A DNA stretch of 16,783 bases from Bdellovibrionota bacterium (GCA_044356455.1 JBIKWF010000102.1:1-16783); one strand, 5' to 3'. Shown: positions 1-9,757, numbered from the stretch's first letter. The notes: generated from the letters alone by a model not told the origin. Made by a program: numbers and translations.

Positions 1-48
1 CCATGCATCGCTCTCGAACTAGTCAGTTCTTTTTTAGGAGTAGTCCCT

Positions 49-3000
49 ATGAGCCACTCAACCTCTGACACTTCTCTCCCAGTAAAAAAAGGCGAATCAT
101 CTCTGACCGTCCCTGAACCTACGCAGACCGCGCTCACGGTGACTAAGGAAAAAATTGTTCAAGTTTCAATCGGATCCTCATCTATGACTACCCAGCAGTC
201 CTCCTCTTCAGGTTCCTCCCTTTATGAGAGCTTTGTTAACCGTCACCTTGGACCTTCCGCGCGTGAAGTGGAAGGAATGCTCGCGGCCTTGCGCACCTCG
301 GAGCTCGCCCTTACCTCTGTTGATGAATTCTCTAACGCGGTAATCCCCGAAGCTATTCGGTTCAATAAAGAGTTCCGCATGGCGGCTTTCCCGCACGAAG
401 TGACCGAACAAGGCGCGCTCGCTCGCCTCAAGACAATTGCCTCTAAGAATAAGATTTTCCGCTCCTTTATTGGCTGCGGGTACTACGGCACCCACACCCC
501 GGGGCCTATTCTTAGAAACATCCTTGAGAACCCCGGCTGGTATACACAGTACACTCCTTATCAAGCAGAGATCGCTCAGGGGCGACTTGAAGCGCTCCTC
601 AATTTTCAGACCATGATCTGCGACCTCACAGGACTCTCAGTTTCCAATGCGTCCCTCCTTGACGAAGGAACAGCCGCAGCGGAAGCCATGGGACTTAGCC
701 TCGCGAAGCAGACGGGGGAGGGGGCTTTTGTCTTCTTAGTAGCTGAAGATTGCCACCCACAAACCATAGAAGTTGTTCGTACGCGCGCCGAGGCGCTTGG
801 GGTAGAAGTGCAGGTTTCTGCGTTTGACTGCTTCTCCTTTGTTCAATCCGGAAAGATCGTGATCGGGGCCCTCGTGCAGTACCCTGCGACAGACGGAACC
901 GTACGTGAATATCAAGCTACTATCTCCAAGGCCCACGAAGCAGGGGCACTGGTAACGGTTGCTACCGATCTTCTTGCACTGACGCAGCTTACTCCTCCTG
1001 GAGACTTTGGTGCAGACATCGCAGTTGGTAGTGCACAGCGCTTTGGTGTGCCCTTTGGTTTCGGCGGCCCCCATGCCGGTTTCTTTGCCGTAAAGGACGA
1101 GCTCAAACGCCTCATGCCAGGGAGACTCATTGGTGTTTCTAAAGACACCGAGGGCCGGCCCGCCATGCGCCTTTCGCTTCAAACCCGCGAACAGCACATC
1201 CGCCGCGAGCGGGCGACCAGTAACATTTGTACTGCGCAGGTACTGCTCGCCGTGATGGCAAGCATGTACGCCGTGTATCATGGGCCCGAGGGATTAAAGC
1301 GTATCGCAAAGCGGGTCAGTCTCTTTACCTCTGCGCTTGCGCGTTCTCTTGAATCGCGTGGCGTAAAAGTACTTACCAAGAACTTTTTCGATACACTTAA
1401 AGTTGAAGTGTCATCATCAAAGGAAGTGCTTGAAAGAGCCGCGAAGCTCAAGATTAATCTGCGTTCGTTTGGTAGTTCGCAATTCGGCATCTCGCTTGAC
1501 GAAGCAACCACGGAATCGGATATCGCCGACCTTGTTTTTGTGCTCACCGGGCAGAAGCTTGCAGAGGTAGCTGGTAATGGAACAAGCGGAGTCTTGACCA
1601 CAGAAGTTTCCGCCCTTCCAGCGAACTTGCTCCGTACGTCCCCATTCCTCACTCACCCCGTGTTTAACTCGTATCATTCTGAGACGGAATTCCTTAGATA
1701 CGTGAAGCGGCTTGAGTCCAGAGACCTTTCATTAGCCCAGGCCATGATACCGCTTGGCTCGTGTACGATGAAGCTCAACGCTACCTGCGAGATGATTCCC
1801 GTCACGTGGCCCGAATTCGGACAGCTTCATCCTTTCGCTCCCGCAGAACAGACCAAGGGGTACCTCGAACTTTTCAAAGAGCTCGAGCAAGGACTTAAAG
1901 ATGTAACCGGATTTAATGCGGTTTCCTTGCAGCCAAACTCGGGCGCACAAGGAGAATACGCCGGTCTGCTTGTCATTCGCGCATATCACCGCTCACGCGG
2001 AGATGCGCACCGCACCGTCTGCCTCATTCCAAAGTCAGCGCATGGCACCAATCCCGCCAGCGCGGTCATGGCAGGATTCGAAGTTGTGCCCGTTGAGTGT
2101 GATGAAAGCGGCAACATCGATCTTAATGATGTGAAGGCCAAGGCCGAGCTCCATCGTGAGAAACTTGCAGCGCTCATGGTTACCTATCCTTCTACGCACG
2201 GCGTATTTGAAGGACACATCGAGAAGATCTGCAAAGTTATTCATGATGCTGGTGGCCAAGTGTACATGGACGGAGCAAATCTCAACGCCCTCGTCGGTCT
2301 TGTTCGCCCGGCAGATATTGGCGGAGATGTCTGTCACATTAATCTCCATAAAACGTTCTGTATCCCGCACGGCGGCGGCGGACCAGGCATGGGACCGATT
2401 GCCGTAAAGAAACACCTCGCGCCATTTTTGCCAGGGCACCCACTCGTAGATCTCAAGATTGAGAAAGCGGTTGGTCCCGTATCTGCCGCGCCTTGGGGCT
2501 CGGCGAGCATTCTTGTAATTCCTTGGGTCTACATGAAGGCCATGGGAGCGCAGAATCTTAGACGCGCCACCCAGATTGCGATTCTGAATGCGAACTACGT
2601 CGCCAAGCGACTTGAAGGCGCATATCCGATTCTCTTTAAGGGGCAGAATGGATTTGTAGCGCATGAATGTATTCTTGATCTTCGGCACTTTAAGAAGTGT
2701 GGCGTTGAAGTAGAGGACGTCGCGAAACGCCTCATGGATTATGGATTCCATGCTCCTACCGTGTCATGGCCAGTAGCCGGAACACTGATGGTTGAGCCGA
2801 CGGAAAGTGAATCGAAGGCAGAGCTCGATAGATTCTGCGATGCCATGCTCGCCATTCGTGAGGAGATACGTGCGGTAGAGGAGGGGCGCATTGATAAAGT
2901 GAACAACCCTCTTAAGAATGCACCTCATACTGCGTCCGCCGTTCTTAGTGATTCCTGGAGCCGTCCGTATGGGCGAGAAGTTGCCGCATTCCCGCTTGCG

Positions 3001-3108
3001 TCTCTTCGCGACTATAAGTTCTGGCCAGCGGTGGGGCGAGTCGATGGAGTGTATGGCGATAAAAATCTCGTCTGCACCTGTCTGCCGATGGAGGCCTACC
3101 AGAAATAG
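49..3108 (+). CDS. gcvP: Glycine dehydrogenase (decarboxylating), glycine cleavage system P protein, single-chain form
   Basis: 1019-aa ORF with hallmark motifs: [100 protein letters not shown], the PLP-lysine motif [18 protein letters not shown], and [20 protein letters not shown] at 36-40 precedes ATG 49. An alternative ATG exists at 184. Confidence 0.98.
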   Translation: MSHSTSDTSLPVKKGESSLTVPEPTQTALTVTKEKIVQVSIGSSSMTTQQSSSSGSSLYESFVNRHLGPSAREVEGMLAALRTSELALTSVDEFSNAVIPEAIRFNKEFRMAAFPHEVTEQGALARLKTIASKNKIFRSFIGCGYYGTHTPGPILRNILENPGWYTQYTPYQAEIAQGRLEALLNFQTMICDLTGLSVSNASLLDEGTAAAEAMGLSLAKQTGEGAFVFLVAEDCHPQTIEVVRTRAEALGVEVQVSAFDCFSFVQSGKIVIGALVQYPATDGTVREYQATISKAHEAGALVTVATDLLALTQLTPPGDFGADIAVGSAQRFGVPFGFGGPHAGFFAVKDELKRLMPGRLIGVSKDTEGRPAMRLSLQTREQHIRRERATSNICTAQVLLAVMASMYAVYHGPEGLKRIAKRVSLFTSALARSLESRGVKVLTKNFFDTLKVEVSSSKEVLERAAKLKINLRSFGSSQFGISLDEATTESDIADLVFVLTGQKLAEVAGNGTSGVLTTEVSALPANLLRTSPFLTHPVFNSYHSETEFLRYVKRLESRDLSLAQAMIPLGSCTMKLNATCEMIPVTWPEFGQLHPFAPAEQTKGYLELFKELEQGLKDVTGFNAVSLQPNSGAQGEYAGLLVIRAYHRSRGDAHRTVCLIPKSAHGTNPASAVMAGFEVVPVECDESGNIDLNDVKAKAELHREKLAALMVTYPSTHGVFEGHIEKICKVIHDAGGQVYMDGANLNALVGLVRPADIGGDVCHINLHKTFCIPHGGGGPGMGPIAVKKHLAPFLPGHPLVDLKIEKAVGPVSAAPWGSASILVIPWVYMKAMGAQNLRRATQIAILNANYVAKRLEGAYPILFKGQNGFVAHECILDLRHFKKCGVEVEDVAKRLMDYGFHAPTVSWPVAGTLMVEPTESESKAELDRFCDAMLAIREEIRAVEEGRIDKVNNPLKNAPHTASAVLSDSWSRPYGREVAAFPLASLRDYKFWPAVGRVDGVYGDKNLVCTCLPMEAYQK

Positions 3109-3116
3109 TTTCCCCG

Positions 3117-3918
3117 GTAGGGCGCTCTGTCCCGCCTATAGGTAGGGCGCGCCGTTCCGCCTCTGCCAGTAGGCGACGGCGAGACGCGCGCCCCGGCGTG
3201 CCGAAAGATCTCGCGGCCCATCTCAATTGGTTCCGATTTGCCACCACGCGGTGAGCCGAAAGATCATGCGGCGCCCTGGGGACAGGACGCCCTACCAAGA
3301 TGTCTCGCCAATGGGCAGGGCGCGCCGTTCCGCCTCTGCCAGTAGGCGACGGCAAGAAACGCGCCCTGGCGTGCCGAAAGATCCCCCGGCCCATCCCAAT
3401 TGGTTCCGATTTGCCACCACGGGGCAGGCCGAAAGATCATGCGGCACCGCGGGGACGCGGCGCCCTACCAAGATGTCTCGCCAATGGGCAGGGCGCGCCG
3501 TTCCGCCTCTGCCAGTAGGCGACGGCAAGAAACGCGCCCTGGCGTGCCCCAGAATATCCCGTTCCATCTAAACTGGTTCCGATATGTTGCCTAAGAGGCA
3601 GCTTGAAAGATCATGCGGCACCGCGAGGACGCGGCGCCCTTCCAAGATGCTTCGCCTATGGGTAGGGCGCGCCGTCCCCGGCGTGCCGAAAGATCCCCCG
3701 GCCCATCCCAATTGGTTCCGATTTGCCACCACGGGGCAGGCCGAAAGATCATGCGGCACCGCGGGGACGCGGCGCCCTACCAAGATGCTTCGCCTATGGG
3801 TAGGGCGCCCTGTCCCCAGGGCGCCGAGAGATCTCCCGATCCCTACCAAATGGTTTCGATTTGCAACCGCGGTGTAGGTAGAAAGATCACGCGGCGTCCT
3901 GGGGACAGGACGCCCTAC
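3117..3918. repeat. Tandem array of five inverted REP doublets (BIME/REPIN-like, GTAG family)
   Basis: Forward copies start at 3142, 3315, 3488, 3662 and 3800 (periods 173, 173, 174, 138). Reverse copies are at 3269-3295, 3442-3468, 3616-3642, 3754-3780 and 3892-3918. Core is GTAG + 9-bp stem + TCCC loop + stem + G, e.g. GTAG-GGCGCCCTG-TCCC-CAGGGCGCC-G at 3800-3826. A truncated copy is at 3117-3133. Confidence 0.92.
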
Positions 3919-3926
3919 CGGATCCC

Positions 3927-4499
3927 TCAGCGCCCCAATACCCTGTCTAGCCTCCGGGATATTCGAAGGCGCGTCGCTTTTTTCGTGAGATAGTCCTTCT
4001 CCACCTCAGTCATTTCGACTTCGGAGAGTATTGACCTCGCATCTTCAAGGTCGAGCGCAGAGCCGGCATAAAGCTTAAGTAGCACCAGCGCCTTCCAGTC
4101 AGCGATGGGAATCTGTGTGCCATCAATATCGATGTCGCTCAGATCGTAGAGCGCAATTTCCTCCCATGCGGGAGGGAGTAGCACCAGTTGAATTGGAACA
4201 ACTCCAGTATTGTCATCCCTCGTGGCATTATCCTCCACGTAGGCTCTTTGGGAATACTCAATCACCCCGAGCAGTGGATCTCCAAGGTTGCCTTGCTTCC
4301 ATTGGCCACTAAGTTCTATGGCAAGCTCATGTGCAGAGAGACTTCCAAGCCGAAATACATAGTCAATGTCGGCGGTTGCTCGTGGTCTTGCCCATCGAGA
4401 AACGGCGAATGCCCCGATGAGCGCAAATGCAGAGATCTTTTCTTGCTCCTTTAGGTGACGAAGGTGGCTAGAAGAATCGAAGAGCGCGTTTTTAAACAT
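3927..4499 (-). CDS. Pol-beta-superfamily nucleotidyltransferase (AbiEii/DUF1814/DUF6036-like), putative TA or defence component
   Basis: Motif LIGAFAVSRWARPRATADIDY (G-x-x-A...PR-x-T-x-DID) and C-terminal LVLLKLYAGSALDLEDARSIL. It lies downstream of an HTH gene on the same strand. Confidence 0.75.
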   Translation of the reverse strand: MFKNALFDSSSHLRHLKEQEKISAFALIGAFAVSRWARPRATADIDYVFRLGSLSAHELAIELSGQWKQGNLGDPLLGVIEYSQRAYVEDNATRDDNTGVVPIQLVLLPPAWEEIALYDLSDIDIDGTQIPIADWKALVLLKLYAGSALDLEDARSILSEVEMTEVEKDYLTKKATRLRISRRLDRVLGR

Positions 4500-4553
4500 G
4501 GAGTAAAAGAGAAAATTTATTTCCTGCGTTAGTCTGGTTGTGCCTCACGGGAA

Positions 4554-5000
4554 TTATCCCGCATTGCTACGTGCTCGAGGGCTCTTCCCAATCTTCATTC
4601 CAAGGTCTGCTAAGGCGCACGCCTGGAGTATTCGAGCGGAGGGCGCGAGAGCGCGCGCGAGAAGTAAGTTTCGCTGCTCGGAGGTATCGTTGACCGAGCG
4701 AGTTCGCCTCGTAACCTTGGTTCGTGAGCCCCGGCGAAGTCCCGAGTAGGTGCCTCTAGAGCGCCGACGTTTGGGTGGAGCAGAGAATTCATATGAGAAC
4801 GAGCAACCAAGCGCCTGCGCTATTTTCTCAAGCGACTTTATGGTGATCGCCCCACGCAGTTCTGCTTGCTCGAATCGTAGGGCAGTTGATTGAGTAACGC
4901 CTAAAAGGTGCGCCAATTGAGAGCTACTTAGCCCGGCATGCCGGCGCAGCTCTTTGATAGATGGCAAGCGTGCCTTTGCGGATTGGTGGCGGTTCCTCAT
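4554..5000 (-). CDS. XRE-family HTH regulator resembling 'mobile mystery protein A', with a basic linker and short C-terminal helix; probable partner of the downstream NTase
   Basis: IKELRRHAGLSSSQLAHLLGVTQSTALRFEQAELRGAITIKSLEKIAQALGCSFSYEF matches the XRE HTH / mobile mystery protein A pattern. Confidence 0.75.
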   Translation of the reverse strand: MRNRHQSAKARLPSIKELRRHAGLSSSQLAHLLGVTQSTALRFEQAELRGAITIKSLEKIAQALGCSFSYEFSAPPKRRRSRGTYSGLRRGSRTKVTRRTRSVNDTSEQRNLLLARALAPSARILQACALADLGMKIGKSPRARSNAG

Positions 5001-5001
5001 T

Positions 5002-5033
5002 TATATATGATGCATGATAAAGCATCATATATA
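5002..5033. promoter_or_regulatory. 12-bp perfect inverted repeat, probable operator overlapping the promoter of the XRE-NTase operon
   Basis: TATATATGATGC (5002-5013), 8-nt spacer, GCATCATATATA (5022-5033). It starts 1 nt before the minus-strand ATG at 5000, with no Shine-Dalgarno. Confidence 0.7.
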
Positions 5034-5129
5034 CAAGTTAAATGTGGAGAGACGATATTTTATGTATTAATTTAAGTAAGTTGGGCGCGGTGCCCCATTT
5101 AAGCGTAAATGCGGTGTGGTATGCGAATA

Positions 5130-5164
5130 TTGACAGAAAGACCAGATCCGACCAGACTATATTC
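5130..5164 (+). promoter_or_regulatory. Sigma70-like promoter for phd-vapC with a direct-repeat operator candidate
   Basis: TTGACA (5130-5135), 17 nt, CAGACT (5153-5158), 6 nt, ATG 5165. GACCAGA direct repeats at 5140-5146 and 5150-5156. Confidence 0.55.
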
Positions 5165-5419
5165 ATGGTAATGAAGAATATCTCCGAAGTGAAAGCCCAG
5201 CTTTCCTCACTCCTGGGGCGCGTCGCGAAGGGGGAAGTAATCGTTATTGGAAAAGCCGGAAAGCCGGTAGCCAAGATTGTTGCATTTGGGGGCATCGAGA
5301 AAACAAGAAAGCCAGGTGCACTTAAGGGGAAAATTAAAATAGCAGCGGACTTTGCGGAGCTTCCAGAGGACATCGCGGCGGCCTTTGGGGTTGCTGACGA
5401 CAAAACTCCCGCGAAGTAG
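5165..5419 (+). CDS. Phd/YefM-family antitoxin (VapB role)
   Basis: MVMKNISEVKAQLSSLLGRVAKGEVIVIGKAGKPVAKIV...RKPGALKGKIKIAADFAELPEDIAAAF is a typical Phd/YefM sequence. The ORF-track start at 5042 is probably over-extended; ATG 5165 fits the family N-terminus. Confidence 0.9.
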   Translation: MVMKNISEVKAQLSSLLGRVAKGEVIVIGKAGKPVAKIVAFGGIEKTRKPGALKGKIKIAADFAELPEDIAAAFGVADDKTPAK

Positions 5420-5421
5420 CC

Positions 5422-5802
5422 ATGACGAAATTTTTACTAGACACGCATGCACTGCTTTGGTGGCTCACGGATGATGCTCAATTAAGGTCAGATGCCCGTG
5501 CGGTGATTTCATCAAATGAAAACTTAATTGCCTACAGCGCTGCCTCTATTTGGGAGATCAGAATTAAAGAGGGGCTCGGTAAGATTTCTCTTCCGCCTAA
5601 ATTTGCCGAGGTCTTGCAAGGCGAATCTATGGAAGAGATTCCTGTGAGGGCGGTTCATGCCCATGAGCTTATCCGATTGCCTCTTCTGCACCGCGATCCC
5701 TTTGATCGCATTTTCGTTGCTCAGGCGCGTATTGAAGGGGCGACTCTTATCACAAGAGACAGGACCCTTGAGCGCTACGGGATTTCGGTGCTTGAGGCGT
5801 AA
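5422..5802 (+). CDS. vapC: PIN-domain toxin VapC
   Basis: LLDTHALLWW, SAASIWEIRIK, HRDPFDRIFVAQA and LITRD carry the conserved PIN acidic residues. It starts 2 nt after the antitoxin stop. Confidence 0.93.
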   Translation: MTKFLLDTHALLWWLTDDAQLRSDARAVISSNENLIAYSAASIWEIRIKEGLGKISLPPKFAEVLQGESMEEIPVRAVHAHELIRLPLLHRDPFDRIFVAQARIEGATLITRDRTLERYGISVLEA

Positions 5803-5971
5803 GGAGAAGGGCTGCTGAAGAGAGCCGAAAGTGGAGTGCGGAAGAGGGAGTAGTTTCAGCTACTTAGTCTCTTTAAACGACCCCGTGCCGCTAGAGTCAC
5901 GAATGCATCATACTTATCCATAACCTCTACGGATAATTCGTAGTCGAAAAAGGTTTTTTGGATTCCTCTCC

Positions 5972-6823
5972 ATGCAGGCGCAAAAATCCGGCCAAAAACT
6001 TCTCCTCGCGAGCGCATTTGCTTTCTTTGCGATGCCGAGTCTTCTTCACGCCGAAAATCCGAATCAGTCTAACGAGCCTCCTGCCATTCAAGTCTCGCAG
6101 GAAGTAATCGCCGACTTCGCGCGCATGTTTAAGGTCAGCCCCGATAACCCCGAGCTCCAGGAAACCTTTCGGCAGCTCAACGAGTCCTTGCGCCAGAGCG
6201 CCGCAGGCGCTGAGCCTGAAAACAAGAACCGCACCTATAATCCGAATTCCGGCCTTCAGCGCGATAGGCAGAGCCTAGGACTCCAGATGGCGCGCACCGT
6301 CGTTGCGCGGCACTACCGCTTTGAAAGCGGGATTCCGTTTCAAGAAGCGCCGCGTGAGATGCTTGGGCCTGAGGAGCAGGCATCGACCAAAGGCGCGGTA
6401 TCTTACTTCCAAGGACAAATGCGTGCTTCGGTTAACGCAGCAAAAAATACGCCGCCTCTTCCTCGCTGCGCAGAGAATGCGGTCGACCACTCCAAGGTAG
6501 ATTCTGGGGACCAAGAGTTTGATAAAGAGCGCGTCAGCGATTTTCTTTTTCTACGGGGAGCTGAGCCGTCCAATTCAGCGGCACTTTTTGGCCGGGGTGT
6601 AACGGTCATTTCGTGCGGGGCGCAGGCTGGAGATCGCTGCGCGCTATCAGCCGGCTTACTTAACCTGCGCTGTCTTCCTACGAGGCTGCGTATGAGCAAA
6701 GGAAAAGCAACTCGAATAGAAGGCAAGAACGCTCTTGCAAATTTTGACCAAGGAGGCGCGGGAAAGCTTACGCCGGAAGTTGCCGCTCAGCTTGAGGTGT
6801 TCATGGGAGAAGTAGTGAAATGA
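5972..6823 (+). CDS. Exported protein, possibly a divergent TraW-like pilus assembly protein
   Basis: N-terminal signal peptide (KLLLASAFAFFAMPSLLHA). C-terminal FLFLRGAEP...LLNLRCLPTRLRM resembles the TraW pattern LFF.NGDDP...LGI..VPARV. ATGA overlap with the next gene. Confidence 0.4.
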   Translation: MQAQKSGQKLLLASAFAFFAMPSLLHAENPNQSNEPPAIQVSQEVIADFARMFKVSPDNPELQETFRQLNESLRQSAAGAEPENKNRTYNPNSGLQRDRQSLGLQMARTVVARHYRFESGIPFQEAPREMLGPEEQASTKGAVSYFQGQMRASVNAAKNTPPLPRCAENAVDHSKVDSGDQEFDKERVSDFLFLRGAEPSNSAALFGRGVTVISCGAQAGDRCALSAGLLNLRCLPTRLRMSKGKATRIEGKNALANFDQGGAGKLTPEVAAQLEVFMGEVVK

Positions 6824-8643
6824 GACGTCAAGTAACGTTCCTCCTTATAGGAGTCCTTACTCTCTCCTTACTCGCGCAGGCTGCGCACGCGGGGCCTCCT
6901 TCGAATTCGTCCTCGGAAGACTACGAAAAGTGGGTGAAGGACCAGTATCTTCCAAGTCGCCAAGGGGAGGCGGGGCGCGTCGAGGATGAGATAAAAGACA
7001 AAGTGCAAGGATGGGCCGCAGGAACCGAGGAGCCTACGAATTGGCGTGGGACTACTGAAGCGAAAGCTCAGGAGAATGCGGAGTGGGATGAATTGCACAT
7101 CAAGGATAGCCAATTTAAATCTTGTAATGACCAGCGAATCACGATTTGGGGAGATCCCGAGCGTCGTCCACCGCGGCCTTGCCAAGAGGAGCAAGGTTTT
7201 TTTGATAAACCTAATGCTATCTCATTCATGTGCCCCTTTGGCATCTTTGAAAATGCCTGTGGGAGCGATCGAGAAACTGGTTTTGAGCTAGGCTTATTGT
7301 GTGCGAGCGACCCAGGCGCTTGCGGCGTGCATTACGATAATAAGCACCCTGGTATGGCGGGCGTGATTGGGATTGGAATCATCTCCAAGGTTAAGGCGCC
7401 TCCCTTTTCGCCCTGCACCTATATCTACGTCACTGGAACCTATGTCGAGTATTATTTCCCCTGGATGATGCTCAACACCTCGCGGCAGATGTATCAGTCG
7501 AGTTATCTAGTTGAAGATGTCAGCGAGGAGCTGCGTCAAACAGGGCAAGACAGACTCCGTCTTCTTGCTGCAATAGAGACTGGCGCCACCGTTGATTTGG
7601 TTGCCCAGTCTGGGAATAACACTGTAAAAGCGCTCCTTGGGAATAAGGTCGGTGACGCCTTGCCCGCAGCGAATCCGGAAAGGAACAAAGCGGCTAAGGA
7701 ATCAGCGGATGCACTTCAGAACATTGACGACAAGTTCCGCGATATCTCTCCTCACGGCTCGCGCCAGTACACCCGCAACTTTTCCGCAGTGACTGACATT
7801 CGGTTCCAGCAATCAGTCTATTGGTATGTGCCGCACTACCCCCTTGACACCCATAGGTTTGGCACTGAGTTTCCCGACCTTGCAACTCCGATCGATATTC
7901 CCATGCCGACGGGAACTTATGAGTCGCTAGAACTGTCTCCGATGGGCGGCGGCTCAGGTGGGCAGTATCGCGGAGGGCTTCTTCATAGCCGCTTTCTCTC
8001 AATGTCTGATAAGACCGGAGGCAATCTTAAGGCAAACGTCCAAAAACTCATCGCAGCGCGCGGCGCCACAAGGTGTATAGGCAACAACAAGGCCTCCGGT
8101 AAAACCCCTCAAGATTTCTTGACTATGCTTGCCGCAGGAAAAGATCCTGATAAGTTCTGTATCGATAAGATAGGACCGCGGTTTCCTCTCATGTCCCTGA
8201 GTTTCTCGCCCCACGATACCGATGCATTCTGGCGCGGGATTCTAAGCGGTGGGCTCGACCTCTTTTATGCGCTCAATTGGCCTCCCGTTTACGGCGCAGA
8301 CAGGGGGCTTGTGCAGGCCATGGCAACCATTCCGCCTTTTGGGCAGTATCCTTTCCACACCTATTTCGATGACTACGACCGCGTAGCGCTCTCGCCTAAC
8401 CCGGAGAGTTCAGACCCGAATTTCGCGAACGAGATTACGCAATGCGGAAGAATTCAAGACATCGCCGACTATAACGTTAATTACGCACGCTCCAATATTC
8501 ATAAGCCACTCTGGGGTGCGCAAAATACCGTCTATGTGTATGGTCTGGTGAAAGGGATTTGGGCCTTTAGGGGCCAGCGAGGCTTATACACCATTGAAAA
8601 TGGGCAAACTCGTTATCCCGATATCGACTTTAGATGGCGGTAA
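6820..8643 (+). CDS. Cys-rich exported protein, TraU-like
   Basis: Signal peptide and several Cys residues. GTYVEYYFPWMMLNTSRQ resembles the TraU G..V.(F/Y)WEP..L.EV.R motif, and CIDKIGPRFPL resembles the TraU C...G.LYPL motif. It is longer than typical TraU. Confidence 0.5.
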   Translation: MRRQVTFLLIGVLTLSLLAQAAHAGPPSNSSSEDYEKWVKDQYLPSRQGEAGRVEDEIKDKVQGWAAGTEEPTNWRGTTEAKAQENAEWDELHIKDSQFKSCNDQRITIWGDPERRPPRPCQEEQGFFDKPNAISFMCPFGIFENACGSDRETGFELGLLCASDPGACGVHYDNKHPGMAGVIGIGIISKVKAPPFSPCTYIYVTGTYVEYYFPWMMLNTSRQMYQSSYLVEDVSEELRQTGQDRLRLLAAIETGATVDLVAQSGNNTVKALLGNKVGDALPAANPERNKAAKESADALQNIDDKFRDISPHGSRQYTRNFSAVTDIRFQQSVYWYVPHYPLDTHRFGTEFPDLATPIDIPMPTGTYESLELSPMGGGSGGQYRGGLLHSRFLSMSDKTGGNLKANVQKLIAARGATRCIGNNKASGKTPQDFLTMLAAGKDPDKFCIDKIGPRFPLMSLSFSPHDTDAFWRGILSGGLDLFYALNWPPVYGADRGLVQAMATIPPFGQYPFHTYFDDYDRVALSPNPESSDPNFANEITQCGRIQDIADYNVNYARSNIHKPLWGAQNTVYVYGLVKGIWAFRGQRGLYTIENGQTRYPDIDFRWR

Positions 8644-9110
8644 CGGTGCTTCTCAGCTCTCAGGAAAGTAAATTCGTTTCAAGGAAGTCCATTGAGCGGC
8701 TCTGCGGAGTCCTCTGCCTCGCTTTGGCAATGGTGTTAGGCAATGCGGCGTACCCCAATCTTCTGCATGCAGACCCTTACGCGAGGCCAGACTCTTTCTT
8801 CGAAAAAGACTATCTCAATAAAGATCGTGAAATATCCTCCGAAGAAAGCAAAGGAAACGAGCCGAGGGATTCCGGTCGCTCTAGTGAAGATAGTTTTGAA
8901 AAGAAGCCTGATTCCTGGGAAGCCCCGCGTAGGAATATGCCAGAGCAGTCCGTTGCCGGCAGCGACCGTGTGCGTGAATATCGAGATGGAACAGGGCGCT
9001 TCGCCTCTTCTTCCTCCTCATCCGCTCCCTACGCCATTCCAGGATCTAATGCGAAAGCAATTCCACTTCCCGGTGTAGGAGTTCTGGTACTTCCTGGAGC
9101 AACGGAATAG
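8634..9110 (+). CDS. Hypothetical exported, low-complexity charged/Ser-rich protein
   Basis: Hydrophobic segment LCGVLCLALAMVLGNAA followed by a polar disordered region. It overlaps the upstream gene by 10 nt and ends 2 nt before the next. The start is uncertain. Confidence 0.6.
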   Translation: MAVTVLLSSQESKFVSRKSIERLCGVLCLALAMVLGNAAYPNLLHADPYARPDSFFEKDYLNKDREISSEESKGNEPRDSGRSSEDSFEKKPDSWEAPRRNMPEQSVAGSDRVREYRDGTGRFASSSSSSAPYAIPGSNAKAIPLPGVGVLVLPGATE

Positions 9111-9112
9111 CG

Positions 9113-9757
9113 ATGAGACCCCAAGGCTTGCCTCTGATTGTCAGCGCGTTATGCACGACACTCGCTTGTGCGACACTAACTCTTGCGCAAGGACTTCCAG
9201 AGCCAAAACAGTTCTACAATCAAGGGTACGTAAACGACCCTCGCGCAAGTCCAGCTCCAGATGCGACCCCCACCCCGCGAGAGGCAGCACTTCAGGACCC
9301 TTCTTCTAGTCTCGCAGACCCCGCCACGGGAACTCAGGCACCTGAGGAGACCCCGGTTTCAAAGGAAACCCCGATTGTTTCCGAATACGCAGAAGGGGAG
9401 GGCGAAAAACCTCGTGCGGTGAGCCTGCTCCTTAGCACTGCTGACCCGGAGCTTCTCAAGAAACACTATGGGGAGTTAGTGCAGCTCTCAGAAAAATCCG
9501 GCTTTAAGCTAAAAGATCTGTTTCTTGTAGGAGACCCCAAGAGTCTCCCCTCAAAGGGCCTGTACTCCGAGCTCACCAAAGGCGGCAGCAAAATGGTGCT
9601 GCGCTTTGTTCCGCGCATTCCAAAGGAATTCGGTGAGATCAAAAGCTCTCCTGCACTTCTCGTCGAGACTTCGACGGGAGTAGTGGTAGTCGAAGGTTAT
9701 CCCTCACTCGGAAAAGTCTTCTCGGCAGATGGCCGCTTCATAGAACCGACCAGGTAG
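9113..9757 (+). CDS. Exported protein, TrbC(F-type)-like thioredoxin-fold fragment
   Basis: Signal peptide, then a Pro/Glu-rich linker, then VPRIPKEFGEIKSSPALLVETSTGVVVVEGYPSL, which resembles the TrbC IDP.LF..Y.I..VPA.V...V.G.VSL motif. The stop TAG (9755-9757) is part of a REP GTAG. Confidence 0.45.
   Translation: MRPQGLPLIVSALCTTLACATLTLAQGLPEPKQFYNQGYVNDPRASPAPDATPTPREAALQDPSSSLADPATGTQAPEETPVSKETPIVSEYAEGEGEKPRAVSLLLSTADPELLKKHYGELVQLSEKSGFKLKDLFLVGDPKSLPSKGLYSELTKGGSKMVLRFVPRIPKEFGEIKSSPALLVETSTGVVVVEGYPSLGKVFSADGRFIEPTR

Noticed and set aside
208..2751. Antisense and alternative-frame ORFs inside gcvP (and similar ones inside the tra-like genes)
   Set aside because: Shadow ORFs of long coding sequences, with no recognisable motifs.
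3117..3918. CRISPR array
   Set aside because: The repeats alternate in orientation, the intervening sequences are themselves homologous rather than unique, the periods are 138-174 nt, and no cas genes are present. The GTAG + hairpin form fits REPs.
2945..3993. Multiple overlapping ORFs of 64-149 aa with repeated peptides
   Set aside because: They are translations of GC-rich REP repeats in several frames on both strands, with no credible starts or domains.
5042..5164. Extended N-terminus of the Phd antitoxin (likewise 10326-10361, 12286-12435 and 12443-12478)
   Set aside because: These extensions cover promoter, operator or REP sequence. Family N-termini match the downstream starts.
5914..5937. 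TTATCCATA DnaA-box-like motif and TTATCC/GGATAA inverted repeat upstream of the traW-like gene
   Set aside because: A single mismatched box and a 6-bp repeat are too weak to call an origin or operator.
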